Under the pieces are notes generated by a model. The model worked only from the letters and a program-made list of their open reading frames with translations, ran no database searches and was not told the origin of the DNA. This document shows positions 12,801 through 23,149 of a DNA stretch of 54,805 bases, piece after piece. Source of the DNA: an uncultured Thiopseudomonas sp. (lineage in GTDB: Bacteria > Pseudomonadota > Gammaproteobacteria > Pseudomonadales > Pseudomonadaceae); the NCBI GenBank assembly GCA_964495925.1, contig CAZBXG010000001.1, positions 21,336-76,140 on the forward strand. The letters are read 5' to 3'. Each line of letters begins with the position of its first letter. The first letter of the stretch is position 1. Made by a program: the position numbers and the translations under genes.

Positions 12801-15551
12801 ATGCTTGCTCCGCTATTAAGAAAACTGATTGGTAGTAAAAACGAACGTGAAGTCAAGCGCATGCACAAAGTGGTCAAGACCATCAATGCGCTTGAAGAAC
12901 AGCTGGCGGCTTTGCCGGATGATCAGTTGCAAAATAAAACCGTCGAATTTCGCCAGCGCCTGGCTGACGGTGAAAGTCTGAACAAACTTCTGCCCGAAGC
13001 TTTTGCGGTAGTACGCGAAGCGGGCAAGCGTGTCATGGGCATGCGTCACTTTGATGTCCAGCTGATTGGTGGCATGACCCTGCATGCGGGGCGTATTGCC
13101 GAGATGCGTACTGGTGAGGGTAAAACCCTGGTGGCGACCCTGGCGGTCTACCTGAATGCGCTGGAAGGCAAAGGCGTACACGTGGTCACCGTGAACGACT
13201 ACCTGGCCAGTCGTGACGCCAACTGGATGCGTCCGCTGTATGAATTTCTGGGCATGAGTGTCGGAGTTGTAGTTCCGTTTCAGTCAGCTGAAGAAAAGCG
13301 TGCAGCCTATGCCAGCGATATTACCTACGGTACAAACAACGAATACGGTTTTGATTATCTGCGCGACAATATGGCGTTCAGTATCGAAGACAAGTATCAG
13401 CGCCCGCTTAATTTTGCCGTGGTGGACGAGGTTGACTCGATCCTGATTGACGAGGCTCGTACTCCGCTGATCATCTCCGGTCAGGCCGAAGACAGCTCTG
13501 AGCTCTACAAAAAAATCAATGCGCTGATTCCTTCACTGAAGCGTCAGATTGAAGAAGAACCCAAAGGTGCCAACGAAGAAAAGATTATTATTGAGGAAGG
13601 CCACTACACCCTCGACGAGAAAACCCGTCAGGTTGAGTTGAACGAAGCCGGGCACCTGTTTATTGAAGAGCAACTGACCAAGCTGGGCCTGCTGGGCGAG
13701 CATGACTCGCTGTATTCGGCTTCCAACCTGAGCCTGCTGACCCACGTTTACTCCGGGTTGCGCGCACACAAGCTGTTCCACCGAAATGTTGAATACATCA
13801 TTCAGGAAGGACAGGTGGTGCTGGTTGACGAACATACCGGCCGTACCATGCCGGGTCGTCGCTTGTCCGAAGGTTTGCACCAGGCAATTGAGGCCAAGGA
13901 AGGGCTGGAAATTCAGCCGGAAAGTCAGACCATGGCTTCCACCACCTTCCAGAACTATTTCCGTCTGTACAACAAGCTGTCCGGTATGACAGGTACCGCG
14001 GATACGGAAGCCTTTGAGCTACGCCAGATTTATGGTCTGGATGTAACCGTAATTCCGACCCACCGCCCGATTGCCCGTCAGGATTACAACGATCTGGTCT
14101 ATCTGACTCCGCCCGAAAAATACAAGGCGATCATTGAGGATATCGAGCACTGCCAGAAGCAGGGCCGTCCAATTCTGGTGGGGACTGCTTCGGTAGAAAG
14201 CTCCGAGTATGTCTCCCAGCTGATGCAGCAAGCCGGCATTGAGCACAAGGTGCTGAACGCCAAACATCATGGTTCTGAAGCCGAGATCATTGCTCAGGCC
14301 GGTCGTCCGGGGCATGTGACTGTTGCTACCAATATGGCCGGTCGCGGTACTGATATTGTGTTGGGCGGCAACTGGGAAGTGGAAGTTGCGGGGCTGGAAA
14401 ACCCGACTGAAACCGAAGTGCAGCGCATCAAGGAGGAGTGGCAGGCCCGCCATCAGCAGGTAATCGAAGCGGGTGGCTTGCATGTCATTGCCACCGAGCG
14501 TCACGAGTCCCGCCGAATCGACAACCAGTTGCGTGGTCGTGCCGGTCGTCAGGGTGACCCCGGTTCCAGCCGTTTTTATCTGTCGCTGGAAGACAACCTG
14601 ATGCGTATTTTTGCCTCTGACCGGGTGAAAAACTTCATGAAGGCACTGGGCATGAAAGAAGGTGAGGCCATCGAGCATCGTATGGTCAGCAATGCCATTG
14701 AAAAAGCCCAGCGCAAGGTTGAAGAACGCAACTTCGAGATCCGCAAACAGTTGCTGGAATATGATGACGTGGCTAACGAGCAGCGCAAGGTTATTTATCA
14801 CATGCGTGATGACTTGCTGGCTGCAGAAGAAGTCGGTGATATTGTTGTCGAGTATCGCCACGAGGTACTCAACAGCACCATCGACCAGTTTGTACCGCCA
14901 CAATCGCTGGCCGAGCAATGGGATATTGCCGGCCTTGAGCAGGAGCTGCTCAAGGAGTTCAACGTCGAGCTGCCGGTACAGCAGTGGCTGGACGAGGACA
15001 ACAACCTGCTGGAAGAAGGCTTGCGCGAGCGCATAGCCGAGCAGGTCGCCACTGTATATCTGGACAAAGAAGAACAGGTCGGTGCAGAGAACCTACGCAT
15101 GTTTGAAAAGCAAATCATTTTGCGCGTGCTGGACGAGTTGTGGAAAGACCATCTCGCAGCCATGGATCATCTGCGCCAGGGTATCCACTTGCGTGGTTAT
15201 GCCCAGAAAAATCCCAAGCAGGAATACAAGCGCGAATCGTTTGAACTGTTCCGCAACCTGCTGGATACAATCAAGCATGACTCGATCCGTTATCTGTCTT
15301 ATGTGCAGGTACGTCGTGAAGATCCTGCGGAAGAAGAGGCGCGTCTGCGTCAACAGGCAGAAGAACGTGCCGCACGCATGCAGTACAAACATGATGAATA
15401 TCACGAGGAAGGGCAGGAACCCGAAGGTGTTGATGCTGCACAGGTTGCCAGTCGTGAGCCGGTGCGTAATCTGACCAAGGTCGGGCGTAACGAGCCTTGT
15501 CCATGTGGTTCCGGCAACAAGTACAAGCATTGCTGCGGCAAGATTGCGTAA
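12801..15551 (+). CDS. secA: Preprotein translocase ATPase SecA
   Basis: [31 protein letters not shown]-terminal [11 protein letters not shown]; start at ATG 12801 by homology. Confidence 0.99.
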   Translation: MLAPLLRKLIGSKNEREVKRMHKVVKTINALEEQLAALPDDQLQNKTVEFRQRLADGESLNKLLPEAFAVVREAGKRVMGMRHFDVQLIGGMTLHAGRIAEMRTGEGKTLVATLAVYLNALEGKGVHVVTVNDYLASRDANWMRPLYEFLGMSVGVVVPFQSAEEKRAAYASDITYGTNNEYGFDYLRDNMAFSIEDKYQRPLNFAVVDEVDSILIDEARTPLIISGQAEDSSELYKKINALIPSLKRQIEEEPKGANEEKIIIEEGHYTLDEKTRQVELNEAGHLFIEEQLTKLGLLGEHDSLYSASNLSLLTHVYSGLRAHKLFHRNVEYIIQEGQVVLVDEHTGRTMPGRRLSEGLHQAIEAKEGLEIQPESQTMASTTFQNYFRLYNKLSGMTGTADTEAFELRQIYGLDVTVIPTHRPIARQDYNDLVYLTPPEKYKAIIEDIEHCQKQGRPILVGTASVESSEYVSQLMQQAGIEHKVLNAKHHGSEAEIIAQAGRPGHVTVATNMAGRGTDIVLGGNWEVEVAGLENPTETEVQRIKEEWQARHQQVIEAGGLHVIATERHESRRIDNQLRGRAGRQGDPGSSRFYLSLEDNLMRIFASDRVKNFMKALGMKEGEAIEHRMVSNAIEKAQRKVEERNFEIRKQLLEYDDVANEQRKVIYHMRDDLLAAEEVGDIVVEYRHEVLNSTIDQFVPPQSLAEQWDIAGLEQELLKEFNVELPVQQWLDEDNNLLEEGLRERIAEQVATVYLDKEEQVGAENLRMFEKQIILRVLDELWKDHLAAMDHLRQGIHLRGYAQKNPKQEYKRESFELFRNLLDTIKHDSIRYLSYVQVRREDPAEEEARLRQQAEERAARMQYKHDEYHEEGQEPEGVDAAQVASREPVRNLTKVGRNEPCPCGSGNKYKHCCGKIA

Positions 15552-15584
15552 TGTCATGCACTGCTAGCAAGTAACACGATATGC

Positions 15585-15612
15585 AGGCGGGCCGGAATGG
15601 CCCGCCTTTTTT
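15585..15612 (+). terminator. Intrinsic terminator after secA
   Basis: aggcgggcc-ggaat-ggcccgcct followed by a T run. Confidence 0.85.
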
Positions 15613-15690
15613 GTCTCTGCGGGCAGCGCTTGTCAGACCTGCATTAATCCGTAATCATAGGCGTTTTCACGCAGTTGTCAGGAGTCTGTC

Positions 15691-16905
15691 ATGGCAGTAG
15701 GGTTGGGCGCATTGCCCGTTATGCATCCGGTTAAAGGATTTGCGCTGGGCATTGCCAGCGCCGGCATCAAAAAAGCAGGCCGGCGCGATCTGGTACTGAT
15801 GCGCTGTGCCGAAGGCAGCCAGATTGCAGGCGTCTTTACGCAAAATGCTTTTTGTGCTGCACCAGTACAGCTATGCAAGCAGCATCTGGAGCAGTCGGTA
15901 CGTTATCTGGTGACCAACACCGGTAACGCCAATGCGGCGACCGGGCAGCCGGGGTTGCAGGCGGCGCAGGCGGTGTGTCAGGCAGTCGCCGACAAATTCG
16001 ATGTGGCGCTGGAGCAAGTACTGCCGTTTTCTACTGGCGTGATTGGTGAGTTGTTGCCGGTAGACAAAATCACAGCGGCATTGCCTGTTGCTGCGGCTGA
16101 TTTGCGTGAAGATAACTGGGCACTGGCCGCCGAAGGCATCATGACCACTGACACCTTGCCCAAAGGTGCCAGCCAGCAGTTTGAGCATGCCGGTGAAACC
16201 TACACTGTTACCGGCATCAGCAAGGGTGCCGGCATGATTCGTCCCAATATGGCGACCATGCTGGGCTATGTTGCAACGGATGCAAAAGTTGCCGGCCCTG
16301 TATTACAGGCGTTGGTCAAAGAAGCTGCCGACCTGTCGTTCAACCGCATCAGCATTGACGGTGATACTTCAACCAATGACAGTTTCATGCTGATTGCCAC
16401 GAGCCAGACTGGCGAGCCGGTTGAGCAGGCAAGCGGTGAGCTGTATCAGAAGCTGCGAGAAACGGTGTGTGCAGTGGCGATGCAGCTGGCACAGGCAATT
16501 GTGCGTGATGGTGAAGGTGCAACCAAGTTTGTCACGGTACAGGTTGAGCAGGGCGGGACTGTAAAAGAATGTCTGGATGTGGCTTATGCTGTGGCACATT
16601 CACCGCTAATCAAGACCGCGCTATTTGCTTGCGATCCCAACTGGGGGCGAATTGTCGCCGCAGTGGGTTATGCGGGTGTACCGGACCTGGAGCAGGAAAA
16701 GGTCAATGTATTCCTCAATGAGGTGTGTATTGTGCGTGACGGTGGTCGTGCTGACAGTTATACCGAGGAACAGGGTGCTGCAGTAATGGAGCAGGCTGAA
16801 ATTTTGATCCGTATTCAGCTGGGGCGTGGTGACTACAGCGAAACCATCTGGACCACGGATCTGTCGCACGAATATGTGCGGATCAATGCCGAGTACCGGA
16901 CCTGA
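15691..16905 (+). CDS. argJ: Bifunctional ornithine acetyltransferase ArgJ
   Basis: [14 protein letters not shown] autocleavage motif, [21 protein letters not shown]. Confidence 0.97.
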   Translation: MAVGLGALPVMHPVKGFALGIASAGIKKAGRRDLVLMRCAEGSQIAGVFTQNAFCAAPVQLCKQHLEQSVRYLVTNTGNANAATGQPGLQAAQAVCQAVADKFDVALEQVLPFSTGVIGELLPVDKITAALPVAAADLREDNWALAAEGIMTTDTLPKGASQQFEHAGETYTVTGISKGAGMIRPNMATMLGYVATDAKVAGPVLQALVKEAADLSFNRISIDGDTSTNDSFMLIATSQTGEPVEQASGELYQKLRETVCAVAMQLAQAIVRDGEGATKFVTVQVEQGGTVKECLDVAYAVAHSPLIKTALFACDPNWGRIVAAVGYAGVPDLEQEKVNVFLNEVCIVRDGGRADSYTEEQGAAVMEQAEILIRIQLGRGDYSETIWTTDLSHEYVRINAEYRT

Positions 16906-16929
16906 TCCAAAGCGATTAAAGGGTTGGCC

Positions 16930-16959
16930 AAACGCCTTGCCGTATAGCAAGGCGTTTTT
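16930..16959. terminator. Probable bidirectional terminator between argJ and mutT
   Basis: aaacgccttgc-cgtata-gcaaggcgttttt between convergent genes. Confidence 0.8.
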
Positions 16960-16982
16960 GCTGGTGTCGGGTTTATACGTTA

Positions 16983-17927
16983 TTACTGGCTGGGCCAGAG
17001 ACTACGGATGGCGGCTATGCCTTGTGCGCCGTTATCACGAGCCTGGGCAATATCGGTGGAGGCCATGCCGCCCAGAAAATATACCGGCAGCTGCGCTTCC
17101 AGCGCCAGAGCTTTGGCTGCAGGCCAGCCCAAAGCCGGACTGTCCGGATGGCTGAGGGTCGGTTGTATTGGTGAGAGTGTGGCAAAGTCACAGCCCAGTG
17201 CCGCAGCGAGTTCCAGTTGTTGGGTGGAATGACAGGAGGCTGCCAACAGCCTGTTTTCTGGTAATGGGTGTTGCCGTCCGGCCAGTTGCTCAAGCTGTGT
17301 GCCGGTCAGGTGCCAGCCTGCGCGAGGGTGCAAAGCCAGTTGTTCAGGTGTGCCTTTGAGCAGCAATTGTGCAGTGTCGGGCAGCTCTTGTAATAACCGG
17401 TCGGCCAGCCGCCAGTAATCCTTCTCCGGCAGGGTGGGGGCACGCAACTGTATCAGGTGAATGCCCTGTTTTGCGGCCAGCATCACGCCGGAATACAACA
17501 GGTCGGCATTGTCATTGTCGGGAGTAATCAGGTAGCGATCCGGCAGCTGTATCGCACGCACAATCGGGCGGTTGGCTGCAGGCAGTGGAATGTGGTCGAG
17601 TTGTTCGGGAGTGACCCATTGCATGGGCTGGCCTTCAGCACCACGGGGTTCGCCATCAAAGGCAGTGACACGAAACACGTCGAGCACCACATGCAGGTCC
17701 GGGTACTGATAAGGAATGCGAATCAGTGGTTCGCTAGCGCTGATGTCTATTGCCAGCTCCTCACGAATTTCGCGTTGCAGGGCCGTATTGACGCTTTCAC
17801 CCGCTTCGCATTTGCCACCGGGAAATTCCCACAGGCCACCCTGATGTTTATTCTTGGCGCGCCGGGTCAGCAGGATTTTTCCGTCTGGCGCAGTGATGAC
17901 GGCAACGGCAACATGAATATGCTGCAT
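16983..17927 (-). CDS. mutT: 8-oxo-dGTP diphosphatase (MutT, Nudix) fused to a thiamine-phosphate-synthase-like domain
   Basis: Nudix box WEFPGGKCEAGES...REIREEL; C-terminal IQLR, ASCH, LSPIQPTLSH, LGGM of the ThiE/TenI fold. Confidence 0.9.
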   Translation of the reverse strand: MQHIHVAVAVITAPDGKILLTRRAKNKHQGGLWEFPGGKCEAGESVNTALQREIREELAIDISASEPLIRIPYQYPDLHVVLDVFRVTAFDGEPRGAEGQPMQWVTPEQLDHIPLPAANRPIVRAIQLPDRYLITPDNDNADLLYSGVMLAAKQGIHLIQLRAPTLPEKDYWRLADRLLQELPDTAQLLLKGTPEQLALHPRAGWHLTGTQLEQLAGRQHPLPENRLLAASCHSTQQLELAAALGCDFATLSPIQPTLSHPDSPALGWPAAKALALEAQLPVYFLGGMASTDIAQARDNGAQGIAAIRSLWPSQ

Positions 17928-17930
17928 GAT

Positions 17931-18512
17931 TTAAGCCTTGGGTGCCGGTTGTGCCTGCCAGAGCACTTCGGCACATTCCTGGTGCAAGGCAATGATGCGT
18001 GCCGCGACAAAAAACAGGTCCGACAGACGGTTTACAAAAGCCAGAACGGCGGGGCGCATGGGCTCAAGGCTGTGCAGCTGCTGACAGCGTCGTTCTGCAG
18101 TGCGTGCCTCGCAGCGACACAAGTGGGCCTGGGCAATCAGCAGTGAACCGCTGGGCAAGATAAAGTCTTTCAGTGGTGGCAACTGGGCCGTCCACTGATC
18201 AATTTGCTGCTCCAGCTGTGTGGTGTGGGCCGCTTGTATCACCTGATACTGTGGCATGGCGAGTTCGCCGCCAAGATCAAATAACAGGTGCTGCCAGGGA
18301 GCGAGAGCATCGGAGACAACCTGCAGGGCAGGCTTGTTGGCGATCTCCTGCTGTAACTGGGCCAGCAGCAGTCCCAGTTGGCTATTGAGCTGATCCAGTG
18401 CGCCCATGGCTTCAAAGCGGGGGTGGTTTTTTGGCAGGCGGCTGCCGTCGGCCAGACCGCTGAGCCCGTCATCTCCGGTTTTGGTGTATACCTTGCTGAT
18501 TCTGTGGCCCAT
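17931..18512 (-). CDS. PduO-type cob(I)alamin adenosyltransferase
   Basis: KVYTKTGDDG, LFDLGGEL, FILPSG, NRLSDLFF; start at MGHRISK with GGAGG upstream. Confidence 0.92.
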   Translation of the reverse strand: MGHRISKVYTKTGDDGLSGLADGSRLPKNHPRFEAMGALDQLNSQLGLLLAQLQQEIANKPALQVVSDALAPWQHLLFDLGGELAMPQYQVIQAAHTTQLEQQIDQWTAQLPPLKDFILPSGSLLIAQAHLCRCEARTAERRCQQLHSLEPMRPAVLAFVNRLSDLFFVAARIIALHQECAEVLWQAQPAPKA

Positions 18513-18583
18513 GTAGCCTCCGCTTGTTGAAAATAGGCCGCACAGCTTGCCATGCCCGGCCGGTAGCAGCAATATGGCCCGGT

Positions 18584-19498
18584 TTAATCAGTGGGCAAGC
18601 CCAGCTTTGCCAGCCCGGATTGTAGCCTCAGATGCAGGGCTAACAAATGCCGGTGTGGCGTGTGCAGCACGCGGCTTTGCTGTAAGGCAAAACCGGTCAT
18701 GTAGCTGATTTCCGTGCGACGGCCCTGTTGTACGTCTTGCAGCATGGACGAGGTGTTGTCTGCGGTATCACTGATGACTTGTTGTGCTGTGTCGAACAAG
18801 TTCAGGGCGGCTGTAGAGTAGCCTGTCGCTTGCAGCAGGCTGGATAGCTCGGCTGACAGCAGGCGGATTTCGGCCAGGTGATGTTTGAGTTCGCCATTGC
18901 GGCAGGCGTGAATGACCGTCAACGGGTTGATCAGGCAGTTAATTGCCAGTTTGCGCCACAGGGCGGACAGGATGTCAGGCTGCCACTGACAGGGTATGTT
19001 ACAGACGTTGAGGGTACTCAGCCAGTCAGGTGGTGGAGCTTGTTTTAGCGGGCCTATCAGGGTTTGTCCGGTTCCGGCATGGACGCAATGGAAAGGGCTG
19101 GGCATGTAAGCACCTTCTGTGCTGCTGCCAATCAATACATGTGCTTCGGGTAGCATGGCCGCTACCTCCTGTTGGCTGCCGATGCCGTTTTGTAACAATA
19201 GCAGGGTCGCGTCCGGGGCCAGGCGATGGCGTATGCTGACTATGGCTTCGACAGCAGCGTGAGCCTTGGAGGCCAGTACCAGATGGCGGATCAGTTCGGG
19301 AGCCTGTGCGCTTTCCAGATTGAGAGGCAGTAAATGGTCAACCCGTTGCCGGTCGGTAAAGCGGATGTGGTTGCCATGCTCATGAAACAGCTGAAGGCGG
19401 GCGGGGCGCACGATCAGGTGGCTATTCTGCCCTGCCAGATGCAAGCGCGAAGCCCATAAACAACCCAGGCTTCCGGCGCCGAGAATATGCCAGATCAC
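18584..19498 (-). CDS. panE: 2-dehydropantoate 2-reductase
   Basis: GAGSLG Rossmann motif, QNGIG, WRKLAINC.INPLT, SSMLQD..GRRTE. Confidence 0.92.
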   Translation of the reverse strand: MIWHILGAGSLGCLWASRLHLAGQNSHLIVRPARLQLFHEHGNHIRFTDRQRVDHLLPLNLESAQAPELIRHLVLASKAHAAVEAIVSIRHRLAPDATLLLLQNGIGSQQEVAAMLPEAHVLIGSSTEGAYMPSPFHCVHAGTGQTLIGPLKQAPPPDWLSTLNVCNIPCQWQPDILSALWRKLAINCLINPLTVIHACRNGELKHHLAEIRLLSAELSSLLQATGYSTAALNLFDTAQQVISDTADNTSSMLQDVQQGRRTEISYMTGFALQQSRVLHTPHRHLLALHLRLQSGLAKLGLPTD

Positions 19499-20463
19499 AG
19501 CTGCCCGGCATTCAGGTGTAAATGAATAATTCGTTTGCCTGTACGGGCCGCTGGCAGATTGTCACGTGCTTGTTCCAGCAGTTGTGAGGCCGTGACCGGC
19601 AGGGCCTGCTGATCCAGCGTCACCATGCTGATTGCGGTGTTCAGCGATAAAAAGCCGAAACTGGTCTGGCATGGTTTCAGGTTGAGTGCGTCATGCAGCC
19701 GTTTGTAGCTGGCGGCATTGCTGGTGGTTTCTTGTTGCATATGGGTGATCAGAGCGAACTCATACCCGTCCAGACGGGCCAGATAGTCCAGTGGACGGAC
19801 CAGCTGCTCAAGCCGTTGTGCGACTGTCAGCAGCAACTGTTTTTGTGCTTCAACACCGTACTGGTCACGCAGTTTCGCCATATTGTCGATGCTGAACAGC
19901 AGTAGTCCGAAACTGCCGCCACGAGATTCCAGCTGGCGTAGGTTTTTGTCCAGCATCTGGCGCAGGCTGCGCAAGTTCCCTTGCCGGGTCAACGGGTCCT
20001 GCTGACCGGAAGCTTGCATCTGTTGTAGATGATGCAGCAATGAGGTGTTTTTTGTTTGCAGTTTGGCCAGGTGCTGATACAGGCGTTCGGCAGCGCGCAC
20101 ACGTGGTACCAGCTGTTGGCTCATGTCACTTTTGCTGATGAAATCATCGACACCCTGCTCGAAGGCTTCCGCCAGAGCTTCGCTGCCCTCGCGTCCGGTC
20201 AGTAGCACAATATAGGTGTAGGTATTGCTGTGTCGGTCCTGATTGCGTACCCGGACTGTCAGGGTCAGGCCGTCCATTTCCGGCATCAGCCAGTCGGCCA
20301 GTAATAACTGGGCTGGCCGCTGCCCGAGCAGCTCAAGTGCCTCTGTGCCGCTGCTGGCATAGCGTATGTCGTGATACCCGACCTGATTCAGGGCTCTGCC
20401 AATCATGACGCTGGAGAACTTCGCATCATCAACAATCAGAATGCTAAGGCTGGAGCTGGACAT
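19495..20463 (-). CDS. Response regulator with receiver domain and degenerate GGDEF domain
   Basis: IVDD, ADWLMPEMDG, LLTG, ISK receiver residues; DPLT..GN start of the GGDEF fold; RPLD-x5-DGYEF; start at ATG 20463. Confidence 0.88.
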   Translation of the reverse strand: MSSSSLSILIVDDAKFSSVMIGRALNQVGYHDIRYASSGTEALELLGQRPAQLLLADWLMPEMDGLTLTVRVRNQDRHSNTYTYIVLLTGREGSEALAEAFEQGVDDFISKSDMSQQLVPRVRAAERLYQHLAKLQTKNTSLLHHLQQMQASGQQDPLTRQGNLRSLRQMLDKNLRQLESRGGSFGLLLFSIDNMAKLRDQYGVEAQKQLLLTVAQRLEQLVRPLDYLARLDGYEFALITHMQQETTSNAASYKRLHDALNLKPCQTSFGFLSLNTAISMVTLDQQALPVTASQLLEQARDNLPAARTGKRIIHLHLNAGQL

Positions 20464-20669
20464 GAAACACCTGTGGTAACTGTGCAAGGCAGGCCGGCAT
20501 CGGGCAGGACTGACCTGGAACCAATAATGCAGAAGGGTATCCGGCAAGGGAGAGCTCTTTGCTATACTTGGCCGGATTATGCCATGAGCCATAAAATCTT
20601 TGCGTATGATAGCAAGCTACGACAAAGCTTGTAGTGACCCGTTTAACAGTTTGCATATTGGAGAGTGCC

Positions 20670-21149
20670 ATGCCTTCTTTTGATGTCGTTTCAGAGCTGG
20701 ACAAGCATGAAGTAACCAACGCCGTGGATAATGCGGGCAAAGAGTTGGAGCGCCGCTACGACTTGCGCGGCAAGGCAAGCCTGGAGCTGAAAGATAAAAC
20801 CATTCACCTGACTGCCGATGCTGATTTCATGCTTAATCAGCTGATTGAAATCATTCATCTGGCCATGGTCAAACGCAAGGTAGACATCCAGTGCCTGGAA
20901 GCCAAAGACCCTTATCCGTCCGGCAAAGAAGTCAAGCAGGAGCTTGTGCTGCGCGAAGGAATCGACAAAGAGCTGGCGAAGAAAATTGTCAGCCTGATCA
21001 AGGACAACAAGTTTAAGGTGCAGGCATCCATTCAGGGTGATCAGGTTCGTGTAACCGGCAAGAAACGTGACGACTTACAGGAAGTAATGGCCATGTTGCG
21101 TGGAGAATCGCTGGGCATGCCGCTGCAATTTACCAACTTTCGTGACTGA
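20670..21149 (+). CDS. yajQ: YajQ family nucleotide/c-di-GMP-binding protein
   Basis: MPSFDVVSE...[11 protein letters not shown]...LQFTNFRD. Confidence 0.95.
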   Translation: MPSFDVVSELDKHEVTNAVDNAGKELERRYDLRGKASLELKDKTIHLTADADFMLNQLIEIIHLAMVKRKVDIQCLEAKDPYPSGKEVKQELVLREGIDKELAKKIVSLIKDNKFKVQASIQGDQVRVTGKKRDDLQEVMAMLRGESLGMPLQFTNFRD

Positions 21150-21186
21150 GCGTGGCTTGGTCAGGTTCTGAAACGGAGAAAGCCAG

Positions 21187-21774
21187 ATGCGACAACAGAT
21201 AACAAGAGTCCTGACAGTAATGCTGCTGACAGGCGCGCTTGCGGCTTGCGGTTTGAGCCCGCAGCAGGCCAGCCCCGAGCCGCGATTGAGCGGACAGCTG
21301 GCGCGTGTGGTGCAAGGGCAGCGTGTTAGCGTACAGGTCAGTGATGTCCGTACCAGTCCGGTGCTGGGGCTCCGTGGTGGCTTGTATGGTGACAGCAATG
21401 AGCTGAGTGTGCCCGGGCAGGTGTTTATACCGAGATTGCGGGCAGAGACTGAAGCAGGCTTGCGTATGCGCGGCTTTGATGTTGTGCCGGCCGGACAAAC
21501 TCCCGCTGCGTTTGATTTGCAGGTTGCAGGGCTAACCTATTCGGTTGCCGAGGGCCGTACAGTGCTGGGTGAGGTGCAGCTCAGTGCGACCTATGTGGTA
21601 CGTCTGCGCAAAGATGGACGCCATTACGAAGGCAGTTATACTGCCAAACTGAAGAAAAAATTTGTCAAACCGCCAACCGATGCTGCCAATGACCGCCTGA
21701 TCAGCATGGTCATGAGTGACGCCTTGCAACGGGTGTTTGCCGATCAGGGCATCAGTGATTTCCTTGCGCGCTAA
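21187..21774 (+). CDS. YajG-like outer membrane lipoprotein
   Basis: Signal peptide with lipobox LAAC; V.V.D.R...LG.RGG pattern; ~190 aa. Confidence 0.7.
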   Translation: MRQQITRVLTVMLLTGALAACGLSPQQASPEPRLSGQLARVVQGQRVSVQVSDVRTSPVLGLRGGLYGDSNELSVPGQVFIPRLRAETEAGLRMRGFDVVPAGQTPAAFDLQVAGLTYSVAEGRTVLGEVQLSATYVVRLRKDGRHYEGSYTAKLKKKFVKPPTDAANDRLISMVMSDALQRVFADQGISDFLAR

Positions 21775-21792
21775 ACAGACTTGATATTGCAG

Positions 21793-21822
21793 GCCCGCCC
21801 GTCATGATCCTGACGGGCGGGT
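21793..21822. terminator. GC-rich hairpin after the lipoprotein gene (possible terminator)
   Basis: gcccgcccgtca-tgatcc-tgacgggcgggt; weak U tail. Confidence 0.55.
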
Positions 21823-21852
21823 TGCTCATTTCTATTGCTAGAGTAACTTGTG

Positions 21853-22797
21853 ATGACACATATTGCGCCCGGGCCGGATGTGGTGCTGCTGATGGGGCCG
21901 ACGGCCTCCGGTAAAACCGATCTGGCACTGGCATTGGCCGATGATCGTCCTTGTTCCCTGATTAGCGTTGATTCGGCATTGATCTATCGGGAAATGGATA
22001 TTGGTACAGCCAAGCCAGAGCCTGAAATTTTGGCCCGATATCCGCACGCGCTGGTAGATATTCTCGATCCGCTGGAAAGCTATTCGGCGGCGCAGTTCCG
22101 TACCGATGCCCTGGAGTCGATGGCGGATGCTGTTGAGCGTGGTGCGCTGCCGGTTCTGGTGGGCGGTACCATGTTGTATTACAAGGCATTATTGGAGGGG
22201 CTGGCTGATATGCCGGCTGCCGATGCGCAGATACGGGCAATATTGGAAGAGCGTATGCGAGTGGAAGGCTTGCAAGCATTGCATAAGGAGCTGGGCAGCA
22301 TTGATCCGGAGTCGGCGCAGCGCATTCATGCCAATGATAGCCAGAGAGTTTTGCGTGCGTTAGAGGTTTGGCTGGTCAGCGGACAGAGCATGACGGAGCA
22401 TCGTTTGCGGCAACAGCAGCAGAAGGCACTGGCTACCGATTTGCCCTATACTGTGCATGCTTTTGCCATAGCCCCGCAGTCGCGCGAATTATTGCATCAG
22501 CGCATAGCCTGGCGTTTTGACCAGATGCTGGAGCAAGGTTTTATAGCAGAAGTTGAAAGACTGATGCAGCGTGGCGATTTGCATGCCGACTTGCCATCCA
22601 TGCGCGCGGTAGGTTACCGGCAAGTATGGGAGTATCTGGCAGGGCAAAGCAGTTATGAGGACATGCGGGAAAAGGGACTGGCGGCCACCCGGCAGCTGGC
22701 CAAGCGGCAGTTTACCTGGCTGCGCAGCTGGCCTGATCTGGAGTGGATTGACAGCCTTGAACCAAATCGTTTGGATTCTGTCTTGAAAAGACTGTAA
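21853..22797 (+). CDS. miaA: tRNA dimethylallyltransferase
   Basis: [43 protein letters not shown]; start at 21850 or 21853. Confidence 0.97.
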   Translation: MTHIAPGPDVVLLMGPTASGKTDLALALADDRPCSLISVDSALIYREMDIGTAKPEPEILARYPHALVDILDPLESYSAAQFRTDALESMADAVERGALPVLVGGTMLYYKALLEGLADMPAADAQIRAILEERMRVEGLQALHKELGSIDPESAQRIHANDSQRVLRALEVWLVSGQSMTEHRLRQQQQKALATDLPYTVHAFAIAPQSRELLHQRIAWRFDQMLEQGFIAEVERLMQRGDLHADLPSMRAVGYRQVWEYLAGQSSYEDMREKGLAATRQLAKRQFTWLRSWPDLEWIDSLEPNRLDSVLKRL

Positions 22798-22811
22798 ATC
22801 AACGCCATATT
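22783..22811 (+). promoter_or_regulatory. Putative sigma70 promoter for hfq overlapping the miaA 3' end
   Basis: TTGAAA-N17-CATATT. Confidence 0.55.
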
Positions 22812-22885
22812 GTTAACGTTCTACATTTGCTGCACAAAACTTGATGGTTTGTGCAGTTGTTTTTTCCCAATCGGAGTATACAGCC

Positions 22886-23137
22886 ATGTCAAAAGGGCAC
22901 AGCTTACAAGACCCTTACCTTAACCTGCTGCGCAAGGAGCGCATCCCTGTATCCATTTACCTGGTGAATGGCATCAAGCTGCAAGGGCAGATTGAGTCTT
23001 TTGACCAGTTTGTCATTTTGCTGAAAAATACAGTCAGCCAAATGGTTTACAAGCACGCAGTATCCACAGTGGTTCCCAGTCGCCCGGTTCGTTTGCCCGG
23101 ACCTGATGAAGAGCAGGATAGTGCGGCTGACGAATAA
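22886..23137 (+). CDS. hfq: RNA chaperone Hfq
   Basis: [13 protein letters not shown]...[10 protein letters not shown]...[12 protein letters not shown]. Confidence 0.99.
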   Translation: MSKGHSLQDPYLNLLRKERIPVSIYLVNGIKLQGQIESFDQFVILLKNTVSQMVYKHAVSTVVPSRPVRLPGPDEEQDSAADE

Positions 23138-23149
23138 GCAGCCTGTATC

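Noticed and set aside
15490-15551. SecA metal-binding tail ends [13 protein letters not shown] rather than ...CH
   Set aside because: Cys at the fourth ligand position is a common SEC-C variant
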